In this document: piece by piece, positions 28,384 to 37,502 of the stretch
How the letters are laid out: every line of letters starts with the position of its first letter
Numbering within the stretch: position 1 is the first letter of the stretch
Assembly: GCA_964580815.1 (NCBI GenBank)
Contig: CAZOLY010000001.1
Coordinates: 1 to 56,161 of the forward strand
From: an uncultured Bacteroidales bacterium
Lineage (GTDB): Bacteria > Bacteroidota > Bacteroidia > Bacteroidales > UBA10428
Direction: 5' to 3'
DNA length: 56,161 nucleotides
Notes under the pieces: model-generated
Told to the model about the DNA's origin: nothing
The model's database searches: none
What the model saw: only the letters and a program-made list of their open reading frames with translations
Program-made: the position numbers and the translations under genes

Positions 28384-29752
28384 ATTTTCTCTCTCCACCT
28401 CCAAAGACAGAGTATCCCTAATCTCCATCAAACAATATATCATTTATTGTACTTTACTGATTTCAGTTTATGCATGCCAGGAAGATCCCAGCAAGCTGGG
28501 ACTGGATTTTTTAAAGGACTCCGATTTGGTGGAAGTCGGATTTATTGATACAGTTACAGTGGAAGCCTATACTATCGAGCCGGAGCCCCTTATTACTGTT
28601 GGTAAATACCAGATGGCTATAGGCAGCTATGTTGATCCTGTATTCGGAGCTGTAAAGGCAGAAATACTGGCACAATTTGCCTATAGTTATTATATTGACT
28701 TTGGAGACAATCCTATATGTGATTCATTAATTGTTGAATTATTTTGTTCAGGAGGTTATGGCAAAGATGAGTTTACGTCAAAAATCAGTGTTTACGAGCT
28801 TACATCAGATTTGGCGGATTCTATAGACTATAATTCTGACTTTGATCCCACGGGATATTATGATATAAATAAAATTAATACTTCAGATCCTGTTGTAAGT
28901 GATATGAATGTTGATAATGATAATACAGACTCAACATTAATTCAGATTTATCTTAGCAAATTTTTTGCAAATAAGCTTCTTAATCCCACGGTTGATGACA
29001 GTCTTTTTTATTCAAATGATTCGGTTTTCAAAGCGAACATGAAAGGGCTGTATTTTGCTGTTGAGCAAGTTAGTGAAGATGGGCGGATCTTATATGCCTT
29101 ACCCTCAAATTATTCTTCACGGCTTATTTTATATTACCATAACGATGAAGACACATCATCGTATTCATATTATTTTTATGGCTCCTATGTAAGGATAGGC
29201 GTTTTTAATTTCAATGAACATAGCGGGGCAAACATTCCATATCTTAATGATACATCGATCCAGGATACAGCAATATATCTTCAGTCCCTGGGAGGTACTG
29301 CTGCAAATATCAGGTTACCTTATATTAATAGCCTTATCAGTGAATTGGGTAATGTATCTGTAAACAAGGCTGAACTTATTGTACCTGTGCTGACAGATAG
29401 CAGTGAACAGACTGAATATGAGATTCCCTCACAACTGGGCTTAAGGGCAGTCAATGATGAAGGCGAGCAAAGTATTTTACCTGATGATCCTTCAGTGCTT
29501 CGACTTGTCGGGTACTTTGGAGGAAAATATGACGATGAGATCGAGGCATACAGGTTTAATATAGGTAATTATATCCAGAATCTGATTGAAGGAGGGGTGT
29601 ACAAATACCTGCGTTTGTTTGTTGGCAGTTATGATGAGAGTAACATGAGAATATCATATAATATTGAAAAAGCAAACAGGGTTGTGCTGTCAAGTGGTAA
29701 TAATGCCAATAAAAAGATTCAATTAAATATATATTATACTAAAATACGTTAA
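28376..29752 (+). CDS. Lipoprotein of unknown function, DUF4270-like
   Basis: 458 aa. The lipobox-like sequence is LISVYAC. It overlaps the previous gene by 8 nt. Its position between the GlgA-like gene and glmS matches the synteny I recall for DUF4270 genes. Confidence 0.7.
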   Translation: MLRFSLSTSKDRVSLISIKQYIIYCTLLISVYACQEDPSKLGLDFLKDSDLVEVGFIDTVTVEAYTIEPEPLITVGKYQMAIGSYVDPVFGAVKAEILAQFAYSYYIDFGDNPICDSLIVELFCSGGYGKDEFTSKISVYELTSDLADSIDYNSDFDPTGYYDINKINTSDPVVSDMNVDNDNTDSTLIQIYLSKFFANKLLNPTVDDSLFYSNDSVFKANMKGLYFAVEQVSEDGRILYALPSNYSSRLILYYHNDEDTSSYSYYFYGSYVRIGVFNFNEHSGANIPYLNDTSIQDTAIYLQSLGGTAANIRLPYINSLISELGNVSVNKAELIVPVLTDSSEQTEYEIPSQLGLRAVNDEGEQSILPDDPSVLRLVGYFGGKYDDEIEAYRFNIGNYIQNLIEGGVYKYLRLFVGSYDESNMRISYNIEKANRVVLSSGNNANKKIQLNIYYTKIR

Positions 29753-29763
29753 AATTTTAAAAA

Positions 29764-31599
29764 ATGTGTGGAATCATAGGTTATATCGGGGACAGGGAAG
29801 CATACCCTGTATTAATTAACGGACTTAAACGTCTGGAATATCGGGGTTATGATTCGGCAGGTGTGTCAATTATGAACAAAGGTTTGTTAATTTATAAATG
29901 TAAAGGGAAGGTCAGCGATCTTGAAAACTATATAAATAATAAGGATGTATCAGGGCATTTGGGAATAGGGCATACAAGATGGGCGACCCATGGTGAGCCG
30001 AATGATATAAATGCTCACCCCCATGCTTCCGAGAAAGGCAAGTTTATAATTATACACAACGGGATAATTGAAAATTATGCTAAGTTGAAGGAGAAGCTAA
30101 TGACCAGGGGGGTGAAGTTTAAGAGTGAAACAGACACGGAAGTACTGGCTAACCTCATAGAATACATATATTTAAAGGGAGGAGTGAAAGCTGAAATAGC
30201 AGTAAGGTTGGCATTAACGAGGGTTGTTGGAGCATACGGACTGGTAATAATGTGTACTGATGAGCCTGATAAACTTATTGCAGCCAGAAAGGGCAGCCCC
30301 CTTGTTATAGGTGTCGGGCATGAAGAATATTTCCTAGCCTCGGATGCGACACCTATTGTAGAATATACAAAGAGTGTCGTTTATTTGAATGACGGGGATA
30401 TAGCAATTATTACAAAAAATGAGTTGATACTTAAAACTGTAAGAAATGATCCTCAGACGCCCAAGATACAGCAGCTTGATCTGGATATAGGAGAGATAGA
30501 TAAAGGCGGTTTTCCGCATTATATGCTTAAGGAAATTTTTGAGCAGCCCCGGTCCATTCTTGATACTTTCAGGGGGAGGGTAGCATCAGATTATTCAGGT
30601 ATACGCCTGGGGGGACTTTACAATATCCTGCCAAAATTTATGGAAGCCAAGAGAATAATTATTATAGGTTGTGGCACTTCGTGGCATGCCGGACTCCTGG
30701 GAGAATATTTGTTTGAGGATCTGGCAAGGATCCCGGTGGAAGTGGAGTACGCCTCTGAATTCAGATACAGGAATCCTATCATTACCAAAGATGATGTAAT
30801 AATTGCCATAAGCCAGAGCGGGGAAACAGCAGACACCCTGGCTGCTATTAATCTTGCAAAAGAAGCCGGTGCACTGGTGCTTGGGATATGTAATGTCGTA
30901 GGATCAAGCATCCCCCGTGAGACTGACGGCGGAGTATATACTCATGCCGGACCCGAGATAGGAGTAGCCTCGACAAAAGCATTTACAGCCCAGGTTACCG
31001 TGCTTGCAATGATGGCAATGTTAATCGGGCATAATAAAAAAATATTGTCTGAAAAGTTATATAAGAGTTATATCAGGGATCTGACACAGGTGCCCCAGAA
31101 CATTGAAAAGATCCTTAAGATGAATGAGTCTTTTAAAAAGATAGCAAGCTTATATAAGGAGGCAAATAATTTTCTATACCTTGGCAGAGGTTATTTCTTC
31201 CCTGTTGCACTTGAGGGGGCTCTTAAACTAAAGGAAATATCTTATATCCATGCTGAAGGTTATCCGGCGGCTGAGATGAAACATGGCCCTATAGCATTAA
31301 TAGACCATAATATGCCGGTTGTTGTTATTGCTACCAAGGATTCATCATACGATAAGATAGTAAGTAATATTCAGGAGGTAAAAGCAAGAGATGGAATTGT
31401 AATTGCAATAGTTACGGAAGGGGATAAGGTGATTAAAGATCTGGCAGACCATGTTCTGGAAATACCTGATACCAATCCGGTTTTCTCGCCTTTACTGGCT
31501 GTAGTGCCTCTGCAACTGCTTTCATATCATATCGCTGTGATGAGGGGATGTAATGTTGATCAGCCAAGGAACCTTGCAAAGTCAGTAACTGTTGAATGA
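29764..31599 (+). CDS. glmS: Glutamine--fructose-6-phosphate aminotransferase (isomerising)
   Basis: The Ntn-amidotransferase N-terminus is MCGIIGYIG. Two SIS domains are present and the C-terminus is KSVTVE. Confidence 0.97.
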   Translation: MCGIIGYIGDREAYPVLINGLKRLEYRGYDSAGVSIMNKGLLIYKCKGKVSDLENYINNKDVSGHLGIGHTRWATHGEPNDINAHPHASEKGKFIIIHNGIIENYAKLKEKLMTRGVKFKSETDTEVLANLIEYIYLKGGVKAEIAVRLALTRVVGAYGLVIMCTDEPDKLIAARKGSPLVIGVGHEEYFLASDATPIVEYTKSVVYLNDGDIAIITKNELILKTVRNDPQTPKIQQLDLDIGEIDKGGFPHYMLKEIFEQPRSILDTFRGRVASDYSGIRLGGLYNILPKFMEAKRIIIIGCGTSWHAGLLGEYLFEDLARIPVEVEYASEFRYRNPIITKDDVIIAISQSGETADTLAAINLAKEAGALVLGICNVVGSSIPRETDGGVYTHAGPEIGVASTKAFTAQVTVLAMMAMLIGHNKKILSEKLYKSYIRDLTQVPQNIEKILKMNESFKKIASLYKEANNFLYLGRGYFFPVALEGALKLKEISYIHAEGYPAAEMKHGPIALIDHNMPVVVIATKDSSYDKIVSNIQEVKARDGIVIAIVTEGDKVIKDLADHVLEIPDTNPVFSPLLAVVPLQLLSYHIAVMRGCNVDQPRNLAKSVTVE

Positions 31600-32655
31600 T
31601 TATCGTTTAATATACTGGTTGTCATAATATTTTTCATAATCTCCTGACAGAACATTATTTAACCACTTTTCATTATTAAGGTACCAGTCTACAGTTTTAA
31701 TAAGTCCTTCTTCAAAGTTAAATGACTGTTTCCAGTTCAATTCATTTTTCAGTTTTGTGCAGTCAATAGCATACCTGAGATCATGGCCTGCACGGTCCTT
31801 AACGAAGGTTATTAACCTGGCCGAGGAGCCATCCTTTCTTTCCAGCTTCCTGTCCATTATTACACAAAGTTTATTGATTAAATCAATGTTTCTCCATTCA
31901 TTATCGCCTCCAATATTATAGGTCTCTCCTGGTGTGCCCTTATGAAATATAAGATCTATGGCTTTTGCATGATCTTCAACATAGAGCCAGTCTCTTATAT
32001 TTTCGCCTTTACCGTAAACAGGTATTGGTTTGTTATTTTTAATATTGTTTATAGTCAGGGGAATAAGTTTTTCGGGAAACTGATTAGGCCCGTAGTTATT
32101 GCTGCAGTTAGAAATTATCACCGGCAATTTATAGGTGTTAAAGTAGGCCCTGACAAAATGATCTGAACCTGCTTTTGAAGCGGAGTAAGGACTTCGTGGT
32201 TCATAGGGAGTCTCTTCAGTAAAATATCCACCCTGTTCAATAGAGCCGTACACCTCATCCGTTGAAATATGATAGAATAGTTTACCTGTATAATTATCTG
32301 CCCATACTTTTCTTGCTGCATTGAGCAAATTTACGGTGCCCACAATATTTGTATAAATAAAGTCCATCGGATCCAAAATTGAGCGATCAACATGAGATTC
32401 TGCTGCCAGATGAATTATTCCATCGAAATGGAATTCCGTAAATATTTCATTTATTGCAACCGGATTGTTTATATCGGCTTTCAGGAATTTATAATTATTC
32501 TTTGATTCCACATCACTAAGGTTTTCCAGATTACTGGCATAGGTCAGCTTATCCAGATTTACTATCTTGTAATCAGGATATTTATTAACAAAAAGTCTTA
32601 CTACATGTGAGCCAATAAATCCGGCACCCCCGGTAATCAGGATAATCTTATTCAT
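31600..32655 (-). CDS. rfbB: dTDP-glucose 4,6-dehydratase
   Basis: ITGGAGFIGSH, the YSASK catalytic YxxxK, and a 351-aa length fit the extended-SDR RmlB pattern. Confidence 0.9.
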   Translation of the reverse strand: MNKIILITGGAGFIGSHVVRLFVNKYPDYKIVNLDKLTYASNLENLSDVESKNNYKFLKADINNPVAINEIFTEFHFDGIIHLAAESHVDRSILDPMDFIYTNIVGTVNLLNAARKVWADNYTGKLFYHISTDEVYGSIEQGGYFTEETPYEPRSPYSASKAGSDHFVRAYFNTYKLPVIISNCSNNYGPNQFPEKLIPLTINNIKNNKPIPVYGKGENIRDWLYVEDHAKAIDLIFHKGTPGETYNIGGDNEWRNIDLINKLCVIMDRKLERKDGSSARLITFVKDRAGHDLRYAIDCTKLKNELNWKQSFNFEEGLIKTVDWYLNNEKWLNNVLSGDYEKYYDNQYIKR

Positions 32656-32665
32656 ATTTTTTACT

Positions 32666-33709
32666 TTATTTTCTTTCTGCCATTTTTTTTCGTATATACT
32701 TTTCCCAGTTCCATGCTGATAATAAGGTCTCTTCGAGAGATACTTCTGCTTTCCACCCCAGTTCCCTGTTAGTATAGGATGTGTCTGTGTAGACCATATC
32801 TATATCGCCTGCACGTCTCGGGTATATGCTGTATTTTATCTTTTGGCCTGTAACTTTCTCAAAAGTATTAATTATTTCTAAAACTGATAAACCCTTACCT
32901 GTGCCAAGGTTGAAGACTTCATAATTGCTGCCCGATTTATTTTCAATAAGTCTTTTTATTGCTGTAACGTGGGCTCTTGACAGATCAACAACATTAATAT
33001 AATCCCTTACACCTGTTCCATCAGGGGTATTATAATCGTTTCCAAAAACCCTCAAATGATCCCTGATTCCAATCGCGGTCTGCGTAACATACGGAACAAG
33101 ATTCAAGGGTACTTCCAGAGGCAGCTCTCCGATTAAAGCTGATTTGTGTGATCCTATAGGATTGAAGTAGCGCAGTGAGATGGCTTTTAACTTGCTGTTT
33201 GCGTGAATAGTGTCAGAAATTATTTCTTCAGAGATTTGTTTGGTATTGCCGTAGGGAGAACTGGCCTTTTTAACAGGAGAATTTTCTGTTACCGGCAATT
33301 TATCAGGCAAGCCGTATACTGTACATGAAGAAGAAAATACCATATACGGAATATTATAATTACCCATTGCCTTTAACAGATTTATTAATGATACAAGGTT
33401 GTTGTAATAGTAATCAAGGGGTATTTCAACTGACTCACCAACAGCTTTCAGGGCCGCAAAGTGCACTATGGCAACCAGGCCAGGATATTTTTCACACAAC
33501 TCTGTAACTTTATTATTTTCACATAAGTCAAATTTTTCAAAATGCGGCCTTATACCGGTAATTTGCTCAATGCCGTCAAGTGTTTCTATGCGTGAATTAG
33601 AGAGGTTATCGACAATAACTACTTCATAACCGTTTTCAATAAGTTCAACGGCAGTATGGGAACCAATATAACCTGTACCTCCGGTGACTAATATTAATTT
33701 TTTCATCAT
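32666..33709 (-). CDS. galE: UDP-glucose 4-epimerase
   Basis: VTGGTGYIGSH, YGNTK (YxxxK), and a 347-aa GalE-type extended SDR. Confidence 0.88.
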   Translation of the reverse strand: MMKKLILVTGGTGYIGSHTAVELIENGYEVVIVDNLSNSRIETLDGIEQITGIRPHFEKFDLCENNKVTELCEKYPGLVAIVHFAALKAVGESVEIPLDYYYNNLVSLINLLKAMGNYNIPYMVFSSSCTVYGLPDKLPVTENSPVKKASSPYGNTKQISEEIISDTIHANSKLKAISLRYFNPIGSHKSALIGELPLEVPLNLVPYVTQTAIGIRDHLRVFGNDYNTPDGTGVRDYINVVDLSRAHVTAIKRLIENKSGSNYEVFNLGTGKGLSVLEIINTFEKVTGQKIKYSIYPRRAGDIDMVYTDTSYTNRELGWKAEVSLEETLLSAWNWEKYIRKKMAERK

Positions 33710-33769
33710 AGTTGTTGTAACTGGTATGTAATAATAACAAATAAATATTTAATTCGGACAATATAATAA

Positions 33770-34348
33770 TCAGCCGGTTTTTGAGACAGCACCGTTTTTT
33801 AACTGGTATTTTTCATTACTCTCAGGGCATATAGCAATGTTTTTATCATCAAACTGCAGCCTTTGCCCGTATTCACTCATCCATCCCGTCTGTCTTGCAG
33901 GATTTCCGACAACCAGGGCATAGGGACTGACATTTTTTGTCACTACTGCTCCTGCTCCTATAAATGAGTGCCTTCCTATAATAATTCCACATAAAACAGT
34001 TGCATTGGCACCTATGGTGGCGCCCTTTTCAACAACCGTTTTCTCATATTTATTTTTTCTTACAACGGCGCTTCTCGGATTGGTTATATTGGTAAATACC
34101 ATTGAGGGACCTAAAAACACATCATCTTCACAAATGACTCCTGTATAAACCGAAACGTTGTTCTGCACTTTTACATTTCTTCCAAGTATTACTTCGGGTG
34201 AGATTACAACATTTTGTCCGATATTGCAATTTTCTCCGATTATGCAACCGGACATAATATGTGAAAAATGCCATATTTTTGTGCCTTTGCCAATTTGACA
34301 TTCTTCATCAATTACTGCTGTTTCATGTGCAAAATATTCTCTGGCCAT
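33770..34348 (-). CDS. Left-handed beta-helix N-acetyltransferase, WbpD/WlbB-like (acetylates 3-amino sugar nucleotides)
   Basis: Hexapeptide repeats run through ...IGKGTKIWHFSHIMSGCIIGENCNIGQNVVISPEVILGRNVKVQNNVSVYTGVICEDDVFLGPSMVFTNITNPRS. Confidence 0.82.
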   Translation of the reverse strand: MAREYFAHETAVIDEECQIGKGTKIWHFSHIMSGCIIGENCNIGQNVVISPEVILGRNVKVQNNVSVYTGVICEDDVFLGPSMVFTNITNPRSAVVRKNKYEKTVVEKGATIGANATVLCGIIIGRHSFIGAGAVVTKNVSPYALVVGNPARQTGWMSEYGQRLQFDDKNIAICPESNEKYQLKNGAVSKTG

Positions 34349-34353
34349 TTTTG

Positions 34354-35484
34354 TTATTTTTTGAAAAAATCAATTACTGACCTGGAAATGTACCCTTGCT
34401 GTTCTTCATCAAGTTCTGTATGCATGGGTAATGAGATTACTGTCTCACATATCTCCTCACTTACCGGGAAATCCCCCCTTTCATATCCCAGGAAAGCAAA
34501 TGCTTTTTGCAGGTGCAGTGGCACCGGATAATAAATCATAGACGGAATGCCTTTTGAATGCAAGTGATTTTTAAGTTCATTCCTTTTATTGTTTTTTATT
34601 CTCAGAGTGTATTGATGAAATATGTGGTTAGAGTATACGGACTTGAAGGGCACTATTATATCGGGAATATTCATAAATGCATTGTTATAAAATTCCGCTG
34701 CTTTTTGTCGTGCCAGGTTATAGTTATCCAGGTATTTTAATTTAACACTGAGTATAGCTGCCTGAATTGCATCCAGCCGTGAATTAACACCTATATAATC
34801 ATAATAATATTTGACCTGCATTCCATGGTTGGCGATAGTTCTTATCTTTTTTGCCAGTTCGTCATTTTTTGAAATCACTGCTCCGCCGTCACCAAAACAT
34901 GCAAGGTTCTTGGAGGGGAAGAAAGAAGTGCAGCCAATATGCCCAATAGTTCCTGCTTTTAAAGACTTATTGTTCTTTGTATAAAATTCACATCCCATAG
35001 CCTGTGCGGCATCTTCAATAATCCGGATATTGCTGGCGGAAGCAATTTCCGAGATCTTATGCATATCTGCACATTGTCCGAACAGATGTACTGGGATAAT
35101 AGCTTTTGTTTTGTTTGCAATAACTGATTCCAGGGCATCCGGATCAATATTAAAAGTGCGGGGATCCACATCTACAAGGACAGGCTTCAAACCGAGAAGA
35201 CAAATCACTTCAACAGTTGAGATAAAAGTAAAGACAGGAGTGATAATCTCATCACCGGGATTAAGGTCCAGTGCCATCAGGCTCATCTGCAATGCATCGG
35301 TGCCGTTACCGCAGGAAATTACATGAGGCACTCCAAGATATTCAGAGAGGTCGCTTTCAAACTTATTTACAACCGGACTTTTAACGAAAGCTGAGGAATC
35401 AATAACTTTCTGTATGGCGCTGTCAATCTCATCTTTTATTTTAAGATACTGGCTGTTAAGATCGACCATCCTGATTTCTCTCAT
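34354..35484 (-). CDS. DegT/DnrJ/EryC1/StrS-family PLP-dependent sugar aminotransferase (WbpE-like)
   Basis: 376 aa. The PLP-lysine block is SFFPSKNL. It lies 5 nt upstream of the acetyltransferase gene. Confidence 0.88.
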   Translation of the reverse strand: MREIRMVDLNSQYLKIKDEIDSAIQKVIDSSAFVKSPVVNKFESDLSEYLGVPHVISCGNGTDALQMSLMALDLNPGDEIITPVFTFISTVEVICLLGLKPVLVDVDPRTFNIDPDALESVIANKTKAIIPVHLFGQCADMHKISEIASASNIRIIEDAAQAMGCEFYTKNNKSLKAGTIGHIGCTSFFPSKNLACFGDGGAVISKNDELAKKIRTIANHGMQVKYYYDYIGVNSRLDAIQAAILSVKLKYLDNYNLARQKAAEFYNNAFMNIPDIIVPFKSVYSNHIFHQYTLRIKNNKRNELKNHLHSKGIPSMIYYPVPLHLQKAFAFLGYERGDFPVSEEICETVISLPMHTELDEEQQGYISRSVIDFFKK

Positions 35485-35628
35485 ACCGAATAATTATTAA
35501 AATTATATACTAATATAATATTTGGTAACGAATAATAACCATTTAATAGTATTAATTTAAGCCATAACTTTTTACAGTTAATAAATCGCCAAAGAGTGTT
35601 TATAAGTATTTAATGATTATTATTTTAT

Positions 35629-35636
35629 TAATTTTG
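35629..35636 (+). promoter_or_regulatory. Candidate -7 promoter box (TAnnTTTG)
   Basis: TAATTTTG ends 44 nt upstream of the TTG start at 35681. Confidence 0.3.
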
Positions 35637-35680
35637 GACAAAATTATATTTATTGTAGTTGTCCGGAAGTCTTATAGGAA

Positions 35681-36685
35681 TTGGATATCGCTGCTTATAT
35701 AAAGGAATTGATATTAACGAATGAGTGTGTTATACTGCCTCAGTTCGGGGGGTTTGTCACAAAATACCGTCCTGCAAAAATTGATCCCGGGAAAAAGATA
35801 CTGGCTCCTCCTTCAAAAGAGATAGAGTTTCACAGGGAGCTACAAAAAGATAACGGGCTCCTGGTAAACTATATTGCGCGGAAAAACAAAACATTTAATA
35901 CAAGAGCACGAAGGCTGGTTGAAGACTTTGTCAATGAAATAAATGCCAGGCTTGACAATGGAGAGAAAGTTGTTTTTGAAGGGGTGGGCACATTTGTTAA
36001 AGATATAAATAGCGGCGAAGTATTGTTTTATTCTTTCAGTGATGAGAACTATCTTATAGATTCTTACGGGTTAATGAATCTCGAATTAAATGAACTTGAA
36101 AAAACCGGCACTATTGAAGATTCGGGAATAAGAACTCCGCCTGTTAAAATTATTAACCGTAAGCAAACAGGTTTCTGGGTTGCTGCCAGTGTAATAATTA
36201 TAATTCTGCTGTTGATATTGATGATTCCTTTGACGGATTCAAGTTATTTATACAACCTGAATTTCGGCCTTTTATTTTCCGGCAAATCAGATAGCAATAG
36301 GAATAAGGAGAATGAAAAGATTGTCTTCGGGAAACGCAGAATAGTAAAGCAGGATTCTGTAAAGAATTTAGAGCAGATAATTGACAATGCCACAAAAAAG
36401 GAGGTTGCTCTTTTTTACAGTGAACCTGAAAAGACGTATGATGAAGATATCATAGGCCAGACAAACAAATATTACCTTGTAGCAGGAAGCTTTAAGAGGC
36501 TTGATAATGCCCAGAAGTTAAAAACAGACTTATTGAATCACGGATATGATCCGCAGATTCTTCAGACCAAAAACGGATATTACAGGGTTACACTTTCTTC
36601 TTTTGACAACCGGAATATAGCTATACATGAACTGGAAAGGATCCGTAAGGATCTGAACCGTACAGTCTGGATTTTGAGCATATAA
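35681..36685 (+). CDS. HU-like N-terminal domain plus C-terminal SPOR (peptidoglycan-binding) domain protein
   Basis: The N-terminus is MDIAAYIKELILTNECVILPQFGGFVTKY (HU-CCDC81-type). A central TM segment is VAASVIIIILLLILMIPL. The C-terminal SPOR-like block is YYLVAGSFKRLDNAQKLKTDL...YYRVTLSSF. The gene starts with TTG. Confidence 0.8.
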   Translation: MDIAAYIKELILTNECVILPQFGGFVTKYRPAKIDPGKKILAPPSKEIEFHRELQKDNGLLVNYIARKNKTFNTRARRLVEDFVNEINARLDNGEKVVFEGVGTFVKDINSGEVLFYSFSDENYLIDSYGLMNLELNELEKTGTIEDSGIRTPPVKIINRKQTGFWVAASVIIIILLLILMIPLTDSSYLYNLNFGLLFSGKSDSNRNKENEKIVFGKRRIVKQDSVKNLEQIIDNATKKEVALFYSEPEKTYDEDIIGQTNKYYLVAGSFKRLDNAQKLKTDLLNHGYDPQILQTKNGYYRVTLSSFDNRNIAIHELERIRKDLNRTVWILSI

Positions 36686-36699
36686 TGATAAATCCCGCA

Positions 36700-37500
36700 T
36701 CAGGTGGTCTGTATTATCCATATATCCTGCTGAGGTTTTCCTTTTGATTTGCCGCCTTCAATAAACTCAAGTATTTTATTCGGATATATTAATTTTTTTA
36801 TGTAGGCTGGTGAATGAAAAGCCGAGTAAGTCCTGTGGCCTTCCTTTGTTTTTCCCCTGATAACCAGGTTGCCGTTATTGAATTTTTTTATCTCGTCTTT
36901 CGAAAGTAATCCCCGGAATGCTCCTCCCTGCGTTGATAATAAGATAATACCGTTGTGACGGGTAATTCTTAATAATTCATTAAACCAGGCACCGTGCATT
37001 TTTTCAGAAAGGTGTGTAAAAATAGATATTCCCAGGATTATATCAAATGAGTTGTCATCAAACATCACAGGCAGAGACATGCTGTTCTGCGAAAAATTAA
37101 CTCCTTTAATATGCTGCCGGCACCATTTTATTGATTCCGCGTTATAATCGGCACCATATATTCTGCATGATTCATCGAGCAGGGCAGGAAGGTGCCTTGC
37201 TATTCTTCCGGGTCCGCAACCCCAGTCAAGGATAGCAATATTTTTTAAAACAAAATGTTTTTCCAGTATTGATATCAGCCATTTGCCGGTTTCCAGTCCC
37301 CCGTAATAATATTTATTGTAATCCATCCGAAATGATTCATAAATAAGATAGTCCGGAGGCAGCTGGATACCAGGATTGGACTGTCTGAATTTTTTATTGG
37401 CCCCGAAGTTTTTAAGGTAATGAAGAATGTATCTGATCTTATCACCAAAATAGATTAATCCCAGGTTTCTTAATACTAATGAAAAAAATGCTCTACTCAT
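36700..37500 (-). CDS. Class I SAM-dependent methyltransferase, substrate unknown
   Basis: Motif I is ILDWGCGPGRIARHL. The ATG at 37500 lies 2 nt after the metG stop. The ORF-track start at 37503 is a GTG one codon upstream. Confidence 0.8.
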   Translation of the reverse strand: MSRAFFSLVLRNLGLIYFGDKIRYILHYLKNFGANKKFRQSNPGIQLPPDYLIYESFRMDYNKYYYGGLETGKWLISILEKHFVLKNIAILDWGCGPGRIARHLPALLDESCRIYGADYNAESIKWCRQHIKGVNFSQNSMSLPVMFDDNSFDIILGISIFTHLSEKMHGAWFNELLRITRHNGIILLSTQGGAFRGLLSKDEIKKFNNGNLVIRGKTKEGHRTYSAFHSPAYIKKLIYPNKILEFIEGGKSKGKPQQDIWIIQTT

Positions 37501-37502
37501 CA

